Part shown: one piece after another, positions 36,690-49,269 of the stretch | Numbering within the stretch: position 1 is the stretch's first letter | How the letters are laid out: the number at the start of each line of letters is the position of its first letter | From: Octopus vulgaris | Taxonomy: Eukaryota | Direction of reading: 5' to 3' | Length of the DNA stretch: 64,000 nucleotides | Assembly: GCA_951406725.2 (NCBI GenBank) | Contig: OX597839.1 | Location: forward strand, 9,920,001 to 9,984,000 | Made by a program: the position numbers and the translations under genes | Notes under the pieces: model-generated | Told to the model about the DNA's origin: nothing | Database searches by the model: none | What the model saw: only the letters and a program-made list of their open reading frames with translations

Positions 36690-37190
36690 CCAGCTCAAAA
36701 CCAAACTGCATCTCATCTAGATCTCTCCTGTCACAAATCAGCTTTACAATGACTCCCTCTATGATCTTCATACACACAAGGCGGTCACCTGGCAGAAATG
36801 TTAGCACGCCGGGCGAAATGCTTTGTGGTATTTTGTCCACCGCTGTGTTCTGAGTTCAAATTCCGCTGAGGTCGACTTTACCTTTCATCATGGTGTAGGA
36901 ACCCGGTAATCACATATGAGCACAAGTAAATGACCAAACACAGATACCAGCAACTGTTGAAGACAGAAACAATAAGCCAAGATTGTAAAGGTGGCGAGCT
37001 GGCAGAAACGTTAGCACGCCGGGCGAAATGTGTAGCCATATTTCGTCTGCCGTTACGTTCTGAGTTCAAATTCCGCCGATCTCTCCTGTCACAAATCAGT
37101 TTTACAATGACTCCCTCTATGATCTTCATAACCTGATCCAGTAAATTATTTCCTCTACTTCTCTCTAAGGCGTCTCCTTTGCCTTCGTAG
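36690..37190 (-). mobile_element. RTE-like reverse-transcriptase remnant interrupted by a templated insertion
   Basis: LLDQVMKIIEGVIVKLI....DEMQFGF. Confidence 0.65.
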
Positions 37191-37269
37191 CAGTTTGTAA
37201 TGATACTGTTATGACAGTCATTGGGTGTAGCTCTGTCTTGTATGACTTAATGTATTATATCAAGATAGT

Positions 37270-37831
37270 AGAATCGTTAGCACGTCGGGCGAAGTGCTTA
37301 GCGGTATTTCGGCTGTCGTAACGTTGTGAGTTCAAATTCCGCCGATGTCGACTTTGCCTTTCATCCTTTGAGGGTCGATAAATTAAGTACCAGTTACGCA
37401 CTGGGGTCGATGTAATCGACTTAATACCTATGTCTGTCCTTGTTTGTCCCATCTATCTGGGTAATAAAGAAATAGGTATTTCATCTGTCGCTACGTACTG
37501 AGTTCAAATTCAGCCGAGGTCAACTTTGCCTTTCATCCTTTCGGGGTCGATAAATTAAGTACCAGTTACGCACTGGGGTCGATATAATCGACTTAATCCG
37601 TTTGTCCCCTCTATGTTTAGTCCCTTATGGGTAATAAAGAAACAGGTATTTCACCTGTCGCTACGTTCTGAGTTCAAATTCAGCCGAGGTCGACTTTGCC
37701 TTTCATCCTTTCGGAGTCGATAAATTAAGTACCAGTTACGCACTGGGGTCGATGTAATCGACTTAATACCTATGTCTGTCCTTGTTTTTCCACTCTATGT
37801 TTAGCTCCTTGTGGGTAATAAAGAAATAGGT
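37270..37831 (+). repeat. SINE family A trimer
   Basis: Junctions at 37474/5 and 37644/5. Confidence 0.85.
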
Positions 37832-37976
37832 ACTATCCGCTACCCTACCTCACTAGATATTTTGCACATCTCTGCCACTATCCCTGTTGGATCTGTAGCT
37901 TTCCCACACTTATCTTATATAAGGTAATACCGGTATCTCCACAACTTAAAATTAGTTCACTTTTATTAAATCAGTA

Positions 37977-38392
37977 TGTAGTGATGCTACTGTGTAAGTT
38001 TCAGTGCACATGCGCAGAATTGGATTACATCCGGTTGGCCACCGGAAGTTTTCCTCATGCGCATGTGCAGGAACTGGAACCTAAAAGCCTGACCGCTAAA
38101 TCGGTCTTTCTGGCATGAGCAGTGCTAGCGGTTGGACGTGGCTTGACTTTCTTTCAGGGAACAACCCTACACTCAAAGAACCTCACCCCAACGAAGCGGG
38201 AGTGAACCAACGAATTGTCTTGACTCGCACGAGAAAGCATCGCAACCAGTCCTGCGGATTCGGCTGCCAGTTTCCCTACTAGAGATACATGTGCACTAGT
38301 TCTTACCTGTAACTGCAGAATAAACCACCACTTACTGTTATCGAAGACCACCTGACTTTGTCTCCGTTTATTCAACTTAAATTGTATGTGAC
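37977..38392 (+). mobile_element. Candidate solo LTR
   Basis: TGT...ACA termini, GC-richer interior, CCGGAAGT and TGCGCATGTGCA motifs, AATAAA near 38319; no clear TSD. Confidence 0.45.
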
Positions 38393-38521
38393 AGGATCAG
38401 ATTGGACACCCCTCCAGTGTTCCTGAACTCTCATCCTGTTACAAGTATATAGTTGACATGTTCTTTAACTTCAGTTGCCCCCACCTTAATTACCAGTAAA
38501 TTCCATTTGATCAATTTCCAT

Positions 38522-39270
38522 TGAGAATTCATGGAAGAAGTTTCATGCGAATATGTGGATTTCGCAAGCAGTCCCCAACAATCCTGCATGTAGAGACATC
38601 CTGTTTGCCGCAGATTGTCTGCAGACGCAGGGACAGAACGACCGAGGAGCCGCCGGTTGCCGAAACAGACACCCCAAGAATTTTCACCAGAGCCCTGTCT
38701 GCCGGTTTGTGGCCCCGCATGTAGAGACATCCTGTTTGCGCAGATTGTCCGCAGATGCAGAGACAGAACAACCAAGGAGCTGCCGGTTGCCGAAACAGAC
38801 ACTCCGAGGATTTTCACCAGAGCCCCGTCTGCCGGGTTGTGGCCCTAATACCACTTGGTGTCAGACCAATCCGCCTTGGGTGGCCCTACCAGGAACCGAA
38901 GTTCCCAACGGCATAGCTCTGACACTACCCGTTGCCAGCATGTCCACCATGGTGAGGAGGGGATGGACTTGTAGGCTTCTGGTCGGTGAACTGAGCCGTG
39001 ATGTCCTTCTCCTAACTCCACTTCCCAACTGGCGGAAACGCGCGGGCGGGCAGCTGAAGACCTGGGTTACGACGATCAAGGAGGACCTCTCTGTGCTCAC
39101 GGGACCGCAGGTGGTTGGCCTGTGCCGATGGAACCGTGACTGGCTCGCTATCTCCAGTGAACTGGCGCAGGACCATCATGCGTGGGCTGCCATGGTTTGA
39201 GATGCCTCGAGGGTGGTAGAAGAAGCCGACTCAACCCGCCAAGGGTGAATGTCGCCACAAGTACAAGTAA
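38522..39270 (+). mobile_element. Short internally deleted RTE LINE derivative
   Basis: 13-bp TSD gatcaatttccat; 5' region with a ~120-bp tandem duplication; C-terminus WRKRAGGQLKTWVTTIKEDL...LAQD..AW; (CAAGTA)n tail. Confidence 0.85.
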
Positions 39271-39577
39271 GATCAATTTCCATGGAAACCATATAATAAG
39301 TTAATATTTTAGATAAGTAATAAGTATATAAATATTAATCTATTTCTTTGCAATTTCCTTGAAGAATTTTAGTCAAACTCATCAAACCCAGTGCTTATGT
39401 TTTGTAAAGCCTAGTACTTATTCTGTTAGTCTCATTTGCTGAACTGCTAAGTTATGAGAGCATAAACACACCAACACAGGTTGTCAAATGGTGGTGCAGA
39501 CAAACACATACACAAAGACACACACATATGTAATATAGAAGAAGAAGAGTAGCAGTAGTAGTAGTAGTAGTGTTTAC

Positions 39578-39645
39578 CTTCTCTTGACTGGGAAATTCAT
39601 CATAATGTAGATCAGAATTCTGGAAACCAGTGATGTAGATGACTT
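39578..39645 (-). CDS. Unknown gene, exon (68 nt)
   Basis: ttcttacag|AA GTC; EVIYITGFQNSDLHYDEFPSQEK; AAG|gtaaac (phase 1 to 0). Confidence 0.78.
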
Positions 39646-41074
39646 CTGTAAGAATAACATAAAATAAAAATAGTTTTTTGAGATGCAAAACATGTTGAGA
39701 CAAGGTCAGGTGAATGTGCCTGAATATCACATCTGGGTATCCATCACATACACTTGTGTTGTATTACGCTACACACCCACAGACACTTATTTTAATAATG
39801 GATTCAGCCCCCGATCAACCAAAGAGAGGATTTGATAGTCAGAAACTAAAAGAAGCCCCCTGTATATATATTTATTAATATTTTGCAGAAGCAACAGAGT
39901 AACTCAAAGGCCAAGAGTTTCATGCATTGGCACGTGTGTTGGCACTCATCAGACTGTTTGATAAATGCTAATGTGCTCTTGGTCCTTGAGTCGCCTGTTG
40001 CTTCCACTAAATATTAATGAATATGTGTGTGTGTGTGTTAAGTTCTATTTTTCCTGTATACTCTTTTACTTGTTTCAGTTATTTGACTTTGGCCATGCTG
40101 GAGCACCGCCTTTAGTCGAGCAAATCAAACCCAGGACTTGTTCTTTGTAAGCCTAGTACTTATTCTATCGGTCTCTTTTGCCAAACCGCTAAGTTACAGG
40201 GATGTAAACACACCAGCATCGGTTGTCAAGCAATGTTGGGGGGACAAACACACACATATATACATATATACGATGGGCTTCTTTCAGTTTCCGTCTACCA
40301 AATCCACTCACAAGGCTTTGGTCAGCCTGAGGCTATAGTAGAAGACACTTGCCCAAGGTGCCACGCAGTGGGACTGAACCTGGGACCATGTGGTTGGCAA
40401 GCAAGCTACTTACCACACAGCCACTGCTACGCCTATGTTACAAACATATTTCAACTAATCTAAGGTTTGCATTATGCGTGTGTGTGTGTGTGTGTGTGTG
40501 TTAGTGTCTCCTTGCCTTGACATCACGTTAGTTGCAAATTAAGTGCCACCATCATGCATGTAATGTTCTTTGTTTCAAATCTTCCATGAAAACGTCTGGC
40601 CTTGGGGAAAATATTGCTTGAAACCAGTAGTGCTGATGATGGTGATGGTGGTGATGCTGATGATGGTGATGATGCTTATGGTGGTGGCGATGATGATGAT
40701 ATTTGTTTCTTTATTACCCAGAAGGGGCTAAACATAGAGGGGACAAACAAAGGACTACAGACCCCAGTGTGTAACTGGTACTTAATTTATCGACCCCGAA
40801 AGGATGAAAGGCAAAGTCGACCTTGGTGGAATTTGAACTCAGAACGTAACGACAGACGAAATACGGCTACGCATTTTGCCCGGTGTGCTAACAATTTTGC
40901 CAGCTCGCCGCCTTGATGATGATGATATTGATGACGGTGGTGGTGGTGGTGGTGGTTATGATGTTGGTGATGATGATGTACACTCACTGAATCACTTCTC
41001 ACCACTCATCTGTAAAACTCTAAGGAATACTATTCGTCCTGCCAGACACAGAAAATAATTTTCCAGTCTTTTAC

Positions 41075-41177
41075 CTTTGTTGTTCACTGCATTCTTGTTG
41101 GACTCTTTGACAGGCATTGACATCACACAACAGACCATCTTTAATTTAGGTGAATTATTACTAATATCCTTCTTTGC
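41075..41177 (-). CDS. Unknown gene, exon (103 nt)
   Basis: ctcgttctcatcag|GCA AAG; AKKDISNNSPKLKMVCCVMSMPVKESNKNAVNNK; AAG|gtaaaa (phase 0 to 1). Confidence 0.78.
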
Positions 41178-41842
41178 CTGATGAGAACGAGAGAAACATT
41201 TTAAAGTTAGACAAGGTAAACTTTATGAAGTGGTGATGGGGATAAAGCAGGTAGTGGTAACCGAGTGAGGATATAATCAAAGATGTCCTAGCTATGACCA
41301 TCCTGAATTTCAGTTGTGGTATATCTAATTTACTTTATCTTTTATCTTTTACTTAGTCAATAGACTACAGCCAAGTCGGGGCACCGCCTTGAGGAATTTT
41401 AGTCAAATGAATTGAACCTAGTACTTAATTTTTGTTAAGTTTGGTAATTATTCTTATTTCTTTATTACCCACAAGGGGCTAAACATAGAGGGGACATACA
41501 AGAACAAACAAACGGATTAAGTCGATTACATCGACCCCAGTGCATAACTGGTACTTATTTAATTGACCCTGAAAGGATGAAAGGCAAAGTCAACCTCGGC
41601 AGAATTTGCACTCAGAACATAACGGCAGACGAAATACTGCTAAGCATTTCGCCCGGCGTGCTAAAGATTCTGCCAGCTCACCACCTTTGGTAATTATTCT
41701 ATCAACACAATGGTTATCAGTGGGGGACAAAACACAAACACACATAATGGTCTTCTTTCAGCCTCTCTTTACCAAATTGACTGATAAGGCTTTGGTCAGC
41801 CTGAGGCTATAGAAGACACTTGCCCAAGGTGCCACTCAATGG

Positions 41843-42236
41843 CACCTTTGCGTCCCCAAAGTCCATCCCCTCTGGGACGCTGGCAACGGGTAGTGTCAGA
41901 GCTATGCTGTCGGGAACTTTGGTTCCTGGTAGGGCCACCCAAGTCGGATTGGTCTGACACTGAATGGTATTAGGGCCACAACCCGGCAGCCAGGTCTCTG
42001 GTGAAAATCCTCGGAGTGTCTGTTTCGGCAACCAGCGGCTCCTCGGTCATTCTGTCCCTGCATCTGCGGACAATCTGCTGCAAACAGGATGTCTCTACAT
42101 GCGGGATTGTTGGGGACCGCTTGTGAAATTCATATTCCCATGAAACTTCTTCCACTGCCGTGGTTCGAGATGCCTCGAGGGCAGTAGAAGAAGCCGACTC
42201 AACGCGCCCAGGGTGAATGTTGCTACAAGTACAAGT
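41843..42236. mobile_element. 5'-inverted RTE derivative inserted in a family B SINE
   Basis: 9-bp TSD actcaatgg; about 41843-42153 is the reverse complement of the RTE 5' region, the remainder is the 3' end with CAAGTA tail. Confidence 0.85.
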
Positions 42237-42540
42237 ACTCAATGGGACTGAACCTGAAACCATATGATTGGGAAGCTAACTTCTTACCACATACAGCCAT
42301 ACCTTTATGTATATATATATAGTTTAGTTATAAGGATTCAATAGAATCTAGGCACATCAACATGTAGGATACCAGAAATGGCTAGGTATGATAATACAGA
42401 GTTTACGGTGAAGTAAACAACAATGAAGGTATCAAGTGTTGGTAGGATATGTAAGTAGATATGTAAGTATCAAATCCAATTTAAACCATAGATCTGACTC
42501 TGGGGTTGGTTCTTTGTGTAGTTTAAGTATAAAAAGCAAA

Positions 42541-42968
42541 CACAAATGGCATTTAAAATTTACAAAATCTGTTCTGGGAAAATTTTATTGATGTAGTCAT
42601 GGATTACATCATAAAATTTAATACAGAGATTAAATGTTATGATGTAATCTCAACATAAATATTAGCCATAAACTAATTTAGATAAGGGAATTTAAATAAT
42701 AAAGTCATTTGATCTCTTTGCTTCCTGCAACACCATTCAAGTCACACCTTCTAAATTTCCTATAAACTTGAATGTCAAATTTTGGAAGAACCACTTCTCC
42801 AACAGTGTTGGATTCATCATGTTCAATTTATGAAATCTCACATGTTTCAAATCTTACCTGTTTAAAATTTTACCTGAAGATGATAGATTATATTTTATGA
42901 TGTAATCTATGACTTCATCAATAAAATTCTACCAAAACAGCTGTGGTAAATTTTAAACCCCATTTGTG
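42541..42968. mobile_element. Old MITE-like element
   Basis: ~80-bp diverged inverted arms 42541-42622 / 42887-42968. Confidence 0.6.
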
Positions 42969-43024
42969 GTCCACCCGTCCGTCTGTCCATCTGTCCGTCC
43001 ATCCATCCATCTACTTCAATCAAT

Positions 43025-44758
43025 CAGGGTGGCCCAAAAAACCCAAATTTGAGAAATGTTGAACTCTCACCCCATCAATTTGTGAGGTTTGACATATAAA
43101 CACTCTGCTTGAAATTCGAAGAAAATTCCACAGAATTTAATGTTGCCACTAAGCGATTCAATATTTTATTTTTAGCATGAAATGAAACTTATCATAATAT
43201 TTTTTTTTTCTTTACTGCCCACAAGGGGGTAAACATAGAGGGGACAAACAAAGACAGACAAAGGGATTAAGTCGATTATATCGACCCCAGTGCATAACTG
43301 GTACTTATTTAATCGACCCCGAAAGGATGAAAGGCAAAGTCGACCACGGCAGAATTTGAACTCAGAACATAGCGACAGACAAAATACCTATTTTTTACTA
43401 CCCACAAGGGGGTAAACAAGGACAGACAAAGGGATTAAGTCGATTACATAGACCCCAGTGCATAACTGGTACTTATTTAATCGACCCTGAAAGGAAGAAA
43501 GGCAAAGTCGACTTCGGCGGAAATAGCTTGTTATTGAGATATAGTAAAACTATTTCATTTATCAATGTATGAAATACTTAGTACAGTGACCAAATCATTT
43601 GAACAATACAGCAGACACATATACATATATATTCTATATGTCAGCCAAATGAGCTTCTTCTCTCCCTGCTTGGGTGAGGCTGCACTTCACTCCATGCCAC
43701 AGGCTGTATTCACAAAACAATATTGTTACAGCTTTGTTGATGTGCCAGTGCTCCACAGCTGTAGTGTTTTAACCCTTTAGCATTTGAACTGGCCATATCC
43801 GGCCAAAAGTATTCTGCCTGTTTTATGTTCAAACTGGCCAGATCTGGTCTCTCACACCAACCCTACAATATCGTTTTAAAAATTAACAGCTACCTCATCA
43901 AAATCTCATAGCTACAAGATAATGCATGATTAGTTCAAAACAATGTAGATGAAGAAGCATTCATTTTGGCAGAATAATGCGAACATTAAAGGGTTAAGCA
44001 AACATGTCTATTTTAATGATAAGAAGTGAAAGACAAATTTGACTTATTGGATATATGGATGAAACGATTAGTAATAAAAAAAAAACTCCCATCAATTGGA
44101 GATGTATTACGATGCCTTTTCTATCTCACACATGATAAGAAAATGATATCAAACACAGATCATTTATTTCTCAATGCTCAGAGAGAAAAAGGAAGGCAAG
44201 GTTATACGAATGCTATTAACAGGAATTATGTTGCAAAGCAACAGAGGAAATACAGCCGGTTAGAAGAAGAGAATAGAAAAAAATCAGAAATTCTTTGCAC
44301 AAAAGAGCAATCAATTGTTACTTTGGAAAGTAACAGTGATAACAGCAGTCGTCGGTCTAATGATGAGCCACGACCTAGATCATCAAAAACTCCTCCTAGT
44401 AAGAGATCAAAAACTCATGAGCAAATAATATCAGCTGATTTGGCATTGGATAAAGTTGAAATAAGCTATTGGAGTGCAATGTTAGTAGTATCTGCTACTG
44501 CTTTGACCTGTGGTAAAGATATTCCACATGCATATGTACATAACAAGTAATCTACATATATATATATGTTTGCTGATATATATGTATATAAGTATATATA
44601 AATGACCATAATATATCAGCTTTGAGGCACAACCAAATATTGATCAATCATACTGAAAATTCACTAAGAACATTTTTATACCTAACCTCATAATTTGCAG
44701 GGGTGTGATCTAAAATATAAAAAATGTAAAAGTCACTCTTATAAAATGGGCCACCCAA
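43025..44758 (+). mobile_element. Decayed DNA transposon (hATm-like) with nested SINE dimer and MITE
   Basis: Termini GGGTGGCCCA / TGGGCCACCC; ORF 44026-44550 has KLPSIGDVLRCLFYL and FLNAQREKGRQG, typical of this transposase N-terminus; subfamily assignment is from memory. Confidence 0.6.
43773..43993. mobile_element. piggyBac-like MITE
   Basis: TTAA|CCCTTTA...TAAAGGG|TTAA; a related copy lies near 36410-36677. Confidence 0.75.
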
Positions 44759-45154
44759 ATACATACATACATACACTCATACATACATACATACATACAT
44801 ACATACTTACATACATACATATACTCATACATACATACTATATATTATTAATATATTGATCCTAAGTTGAAAGGAGTTCCACGTGTATACCATATTTTTA
44901 GCTTTCTCTGAGAGAGGGTTTTAACAGTGGTAAGCAGCAAGAAGCATAGCAGCTTTTAAGAGTGCATTATGAAGCTTTTATCCAAAACAAACTAAAAGGT
45001 ATATCGTAAGAAGTTTGCTTCTCAACCACATGCTTCTGAGTTTGGTCCCACTGTGCGGTAACTTGGGCAGGTGCCTACTACTATAGTTTTGGGTTGACCG
45101 AATGTTTGTGAGTGGATTTCATAGAGAGAAACTGAAAGAGGCTTATTGTGTGTG

Positions 45155-45156
45155 TG

Positions 45157-45223
<67 letters not shown>

Positions 45224-45262
45224 TGAATACATATATATATACATATATACACACACACATAT

Positions 45263-45314
<52 letters not shown>

Positions 45315-45383
45315 ATATACATACATATATATATGAATATACATACATATACATACATTTATATATACATACACATATATATG

Positions 45384-45430
<47 letters not shown>
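45155..45430. repeat. Compound (TA)n/(CA)n/(TAA)n microsatellite
   Basis: Direct inspection; similar tracts at 13276-13331, 13675-13805, 44760-44840, 46170-46320. Confidence 0.95.
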
Positions 45431-45770
45431 TGTGTACAGTGCTCAGGTGCACTACAACTCATCTAAAGTGTATATATAATCAGGTGTAGTTTCGACGGAT
45501 TTCGGGAAGCATGAGGGCCTTAAAGGATGCAGTGTCATGGCAGTCAACAACTGATGCAGGCAGTTTATTCCACGCTTCAGCAACCCTGAGCGTGAAAAAA
45601 TGTTTCCGAAAGTCATGGGAGCTGTGCTGTTTTCTGACTTTGTAGGCATGTCCACGTGTGTTAGACACATGGAGATCAAAAAGGTGTTCAGTGTTGTTGT
45701 TGGTGAGGTGGTTGATAACCTTGTGGGTGTTTACCAAGTCTGTCGCCAGACGCCGGAGCTTCAGTGAATC
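45430..45770 (-). mobile_element. CR1-type LINE 3' end (second family)
   Basis: LKLRRLATDL...TRGHAYKVRK...RKHFFTLRVAEAWNKLPASVV; second copy near 59340-59760. Confidence 0.88.
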
Positions 45771-46210
45771 CATATGTGTGTGTATATATATACACACACA
45801 CATATATATGTATATTAGTGTAGTAAGTAGCTTGCTAACCAACCACATGGTCCTGGGTTCAGTCCCACTGCATGGCATCTTGGGCAAGTGTCTTCTACTA
45901 CAGGGCCAACTATAGACTTGCAAGTGGATTTGGTAGATGGAAACTGAAAGAAGCCAGTCGTATATATATATATGTATGCATGTATATATTTCTGTGTGTG
46001 TGTGTTTGTCCCCCACCACCACCACCATTGCTTGACAACCAAAACTAGACCATTAGAATAAGTACTAGGCTTACAAAGAATAAGTCCCGGAGTCAATTTC
46101 TTCGACTAAAGGAGGTGTTCCAGCATGGCCGCAGTCAAGTGACTAAAACAAATAGAACAATAAAAGAATAATACACATATATATATATACATATATATAT
46201 ACATATGTAT

Positions 46211-46241
<31 letters not shown>

Positions 46242-46274
46242 TATATACATATACATACATATATATGTATACAC

Positions 46275-46319
<45 letters not shown>

Positions 46320-46621
46320 CCAACTCCTTTCAGAAAACATTATCAGAAAGAACTTCCTCTATCAGATCTTTGCTGGACCTACACTTACTCTCTGATAAAA
46401 TGGGAAACATTTACTCTGTGTCTCTGGAAATGTACTTTGGTTTGATATCAGAAGAATTGAATCTCAGTAATAAGCATGCGAAAAAAACAGCCCTGGACAA
46501 AATCAACGACAATCATTACCACATTACCATATTATCTCACAGTTGGACCTGTTGGATAGAACCCAAACCTAATCGCCAAAGACTCCTCACTGTTTATTGT
46601 ACACATATTTGTACATATATG

Positions 46622-46661
<40 letters not shown>

Positions 46662-46663
<2 letters not shown>

Positions 46664-47045
46664 GAGGCGCAATGGCCCAGTGGTTAGGGCAGCGGACTCG
46701 CGGTCGTAGGATCACGGTTTCGATTCCCAGACCGCGTGTTGTGAGTGTTTGTTGAGTGAAAATACCTAAAGCTCCACGAGGCTCCGGCAGGGGATGGTGG
46801 TGATCCCTGCTGTACTTTTTCACCACAACTTTCCCTCACTCTTACTTCCTGTTTCTGTTGTACCTGTATTTCAAAGGGCCGGCCTTGTCACTCTCTGTGT
46901 CACGCTGAATATCCCCAAGAACTACGTTAAGGGTACACGTGTGTGTGGAGTGCTCAGCCACTTGCACATTAATTTCACGAGCAGGCTGTTCCGTTGATTC
47001 GGATCAACCGGAACCCTTGTCGTCGTAACCGACGGAGTGCTTCCA
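46662..47045 (+). mobile_element. tRNA-derived SINE family G
   Basis: GGAGGCGCAATGGCCCAGTGGTTAGGGCAGCGGACTCGCGGTCG..GTTTCGATTCC; related head near 61840. Confidence 0.8.
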
Positions 47046-49142
47046 TAATCCATATGTATGCATGCATAGTTATATTTTTTGACATGTATATTTGTGAATT
47101 TATTTTGTACGTATGTCTATTACACAATAAATATACCTAAATGTATAAGATAAAATCAATTAACAAAATTACGTTGGCCAAATTATTTATCTATTTATTT
47201 ATCATTATGATGAATGATTTACAATTTACTTATTCTAACTGAATTTTGTTGTTTTAGGAAAAATAAGTTTATATTTATATTTCTATATTCAATCCCTTGT
47301 AAGTTTCTCACTCTTTTACTTGTTTCAGTCATTTGACTATGGCCATGCTGGAGCACCGCCTTTAGTCGAGCAAATCGACCCCGGGACTTATTCTTTGTAA
47401 GCCTAGTACTTATTCTATCGGTCTCTTTTGCCAAACCGCTATGTTACGGGGACGTAAACACACCAGCATCGGTTGTCAAGCGATCTTGGGGGGACAAACA
47501 CAGACACACAAACATATACACACATACATATATATATACATATATACGACAGGCTTCTTTCAGTTTCCATTTACCGTATCCACTCACAAGGCTTTGGTCA
47601 GCTTGAGGCTATAGTAGAAGACACTTGCCCAAGGTGCCATGCAGTGGGACTGAACCCGGAACCATGTGGTTGGTAAGCAAGCTACTTACCACACAGCCAC
47701 TCCTACGCCAATAGAGACTTAAGGTTTGTTATTTTAATTCCTATAATAATGTGAACAAATAAAGAAAAAAATTTTAGTTGATTTTTTTCAAAATATTTCG
47801 TATTAAGTTCCAGTCAAAATATTTGTACTGACTATTAAATAAATCTTTATACTTGTATACATATAATCAAAATAAGCAACAAGTATATCCGAGGTTGCTT
47901 ATTTTGATTATAATCACCCCATGGATTTATATGGATAATACCATACAAATTTTCTGGTGCCTTTGACTTAAGTACCATATTCATCTGAATCTAAATTTTG
48001 CTGAACTTATATATATATATCATCATCATCATCATCATCGTTTAACGTCCGTTCTCCATGCAAGCATGGGTTGGACGGTCCGACCGAGGATCTGGGAAGC
48101 CTGAAGGCTGCACCAGGCTCCAGTCTGATCTGGCAGTGTTTCTACAGCTGGATGCCCTTCCTAACGCCAACCACTCCGTGAGTGTAGTGGGTGCTTTTTA
48201 CGTGACACCTGCACAGGTGCCAGGCGAGGCTGGCAACAGCCACGATCAGATTGGTGCATTTTATGTGCAACCGGCATATATATATATATCCACACACATG
48301 CATATACATATACATGTCCATATATGTATTATTAAAGAATTAAAAAATGAGATTGGAGAGTTAAAAATTTTAAAATTAAGACATTGGAAAGTGTGGAGAT
48401 GTAGATTCCATGTGCTGTTCATTCAAAGGGGTTTTGTAGTGTGGAGATGTAGATTCCATGTGCTGTTCATTCAAAGGGGTTTTGTGGTGTGAATGAAATT
48501 TTGAGAATGTAGTGGTAGCATTAAGTAGCTTGACAACTGGAGGTGGTGTGTTTGCATTCCCATAACTTAGTTGATCAGCAAAAGAGACTGATAGAATAAG
48601 TACCAGGCTTAGAAAATAAGTCCTGGTGTTGATTCATTTGACTGAAAATTGAAGGCAGTGCCCTAGTATGGCCACAGACTAATGACTAAAACAAGTAAAA
48701 TATTAAAGATTTTATATATAGGCGTAGGAGTCGCTGTGTGGTAAGTAGCTTATGAACTGCATGGTTCCGGGTTCAGTCCCACTGCATGGCACCTTAGGCA
48801 AGTGTCTTCTACTGTAGCCTCGGGCCGACCAAAGCCTTGTGAGTGGATTTGACAGACGGAAACTGAAAGAAGCCCGTCGTATATATGTATATATATGTAT
48901 ATATGTACATATATATATATATGCGTGTGTGTGTTTGTGTGTCTGTGTTTGTTCCCCTGACATCGCTTGACAACCGATGCTGGTGTGTTTACGTCCCCAT
49001 AACTTAGCAGTTCGGCAAAAGAGACCGACAGAATAACTACTAGGTTTACAAAGAATAAGTCCTGGGGTCGATTTGCTCGACTAAAGGCGGTGCTCCAGCA
49101 TGGCCACAGTCAAAGGACTGAAACAAGTAACAGAGTAAAAGA

Positions 49143-49176
<34 letters not shown>

Positions 49177-49216
49177 GCACACATATTTCCTATATCAAAA
49201 CAAATATAACACCTAC

Positions 49217-49269
49217 CTCTGACATATTCTTTACATTGGTGTTAGGTGGAGGAGCTTTGTTGGTGCAAC
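49217..49269 (-). CDS. Unknown gene, exon (53 nt)
   Basis: cttttgtcttag|GT TGC; GCTNKAPPPNTNVKNMSE; GAG|gtaggt (phase 1 to 0). Confidence 0.78.

Noticed and set aside
45022-45479. Several 60-150 aa ORFs rich in Y/I
   Set aside because: Translations of (TA)n/(CA)n/(TAA)n microsatellites.
46321-46600. Unique-looking segment with splice-like sites and a plus-strand ORF
   Set aside because: No minus-strand reading fits the exon phase chain without stops, and no recognisable homology.
46662-46735. tRNA-like sequences (also near 713, 50352, 61840)
   Set aside because: SINE heads continuing into repeat bodies; no proper acceptor stem or Pol III terminator, so not called as tRNA genes.
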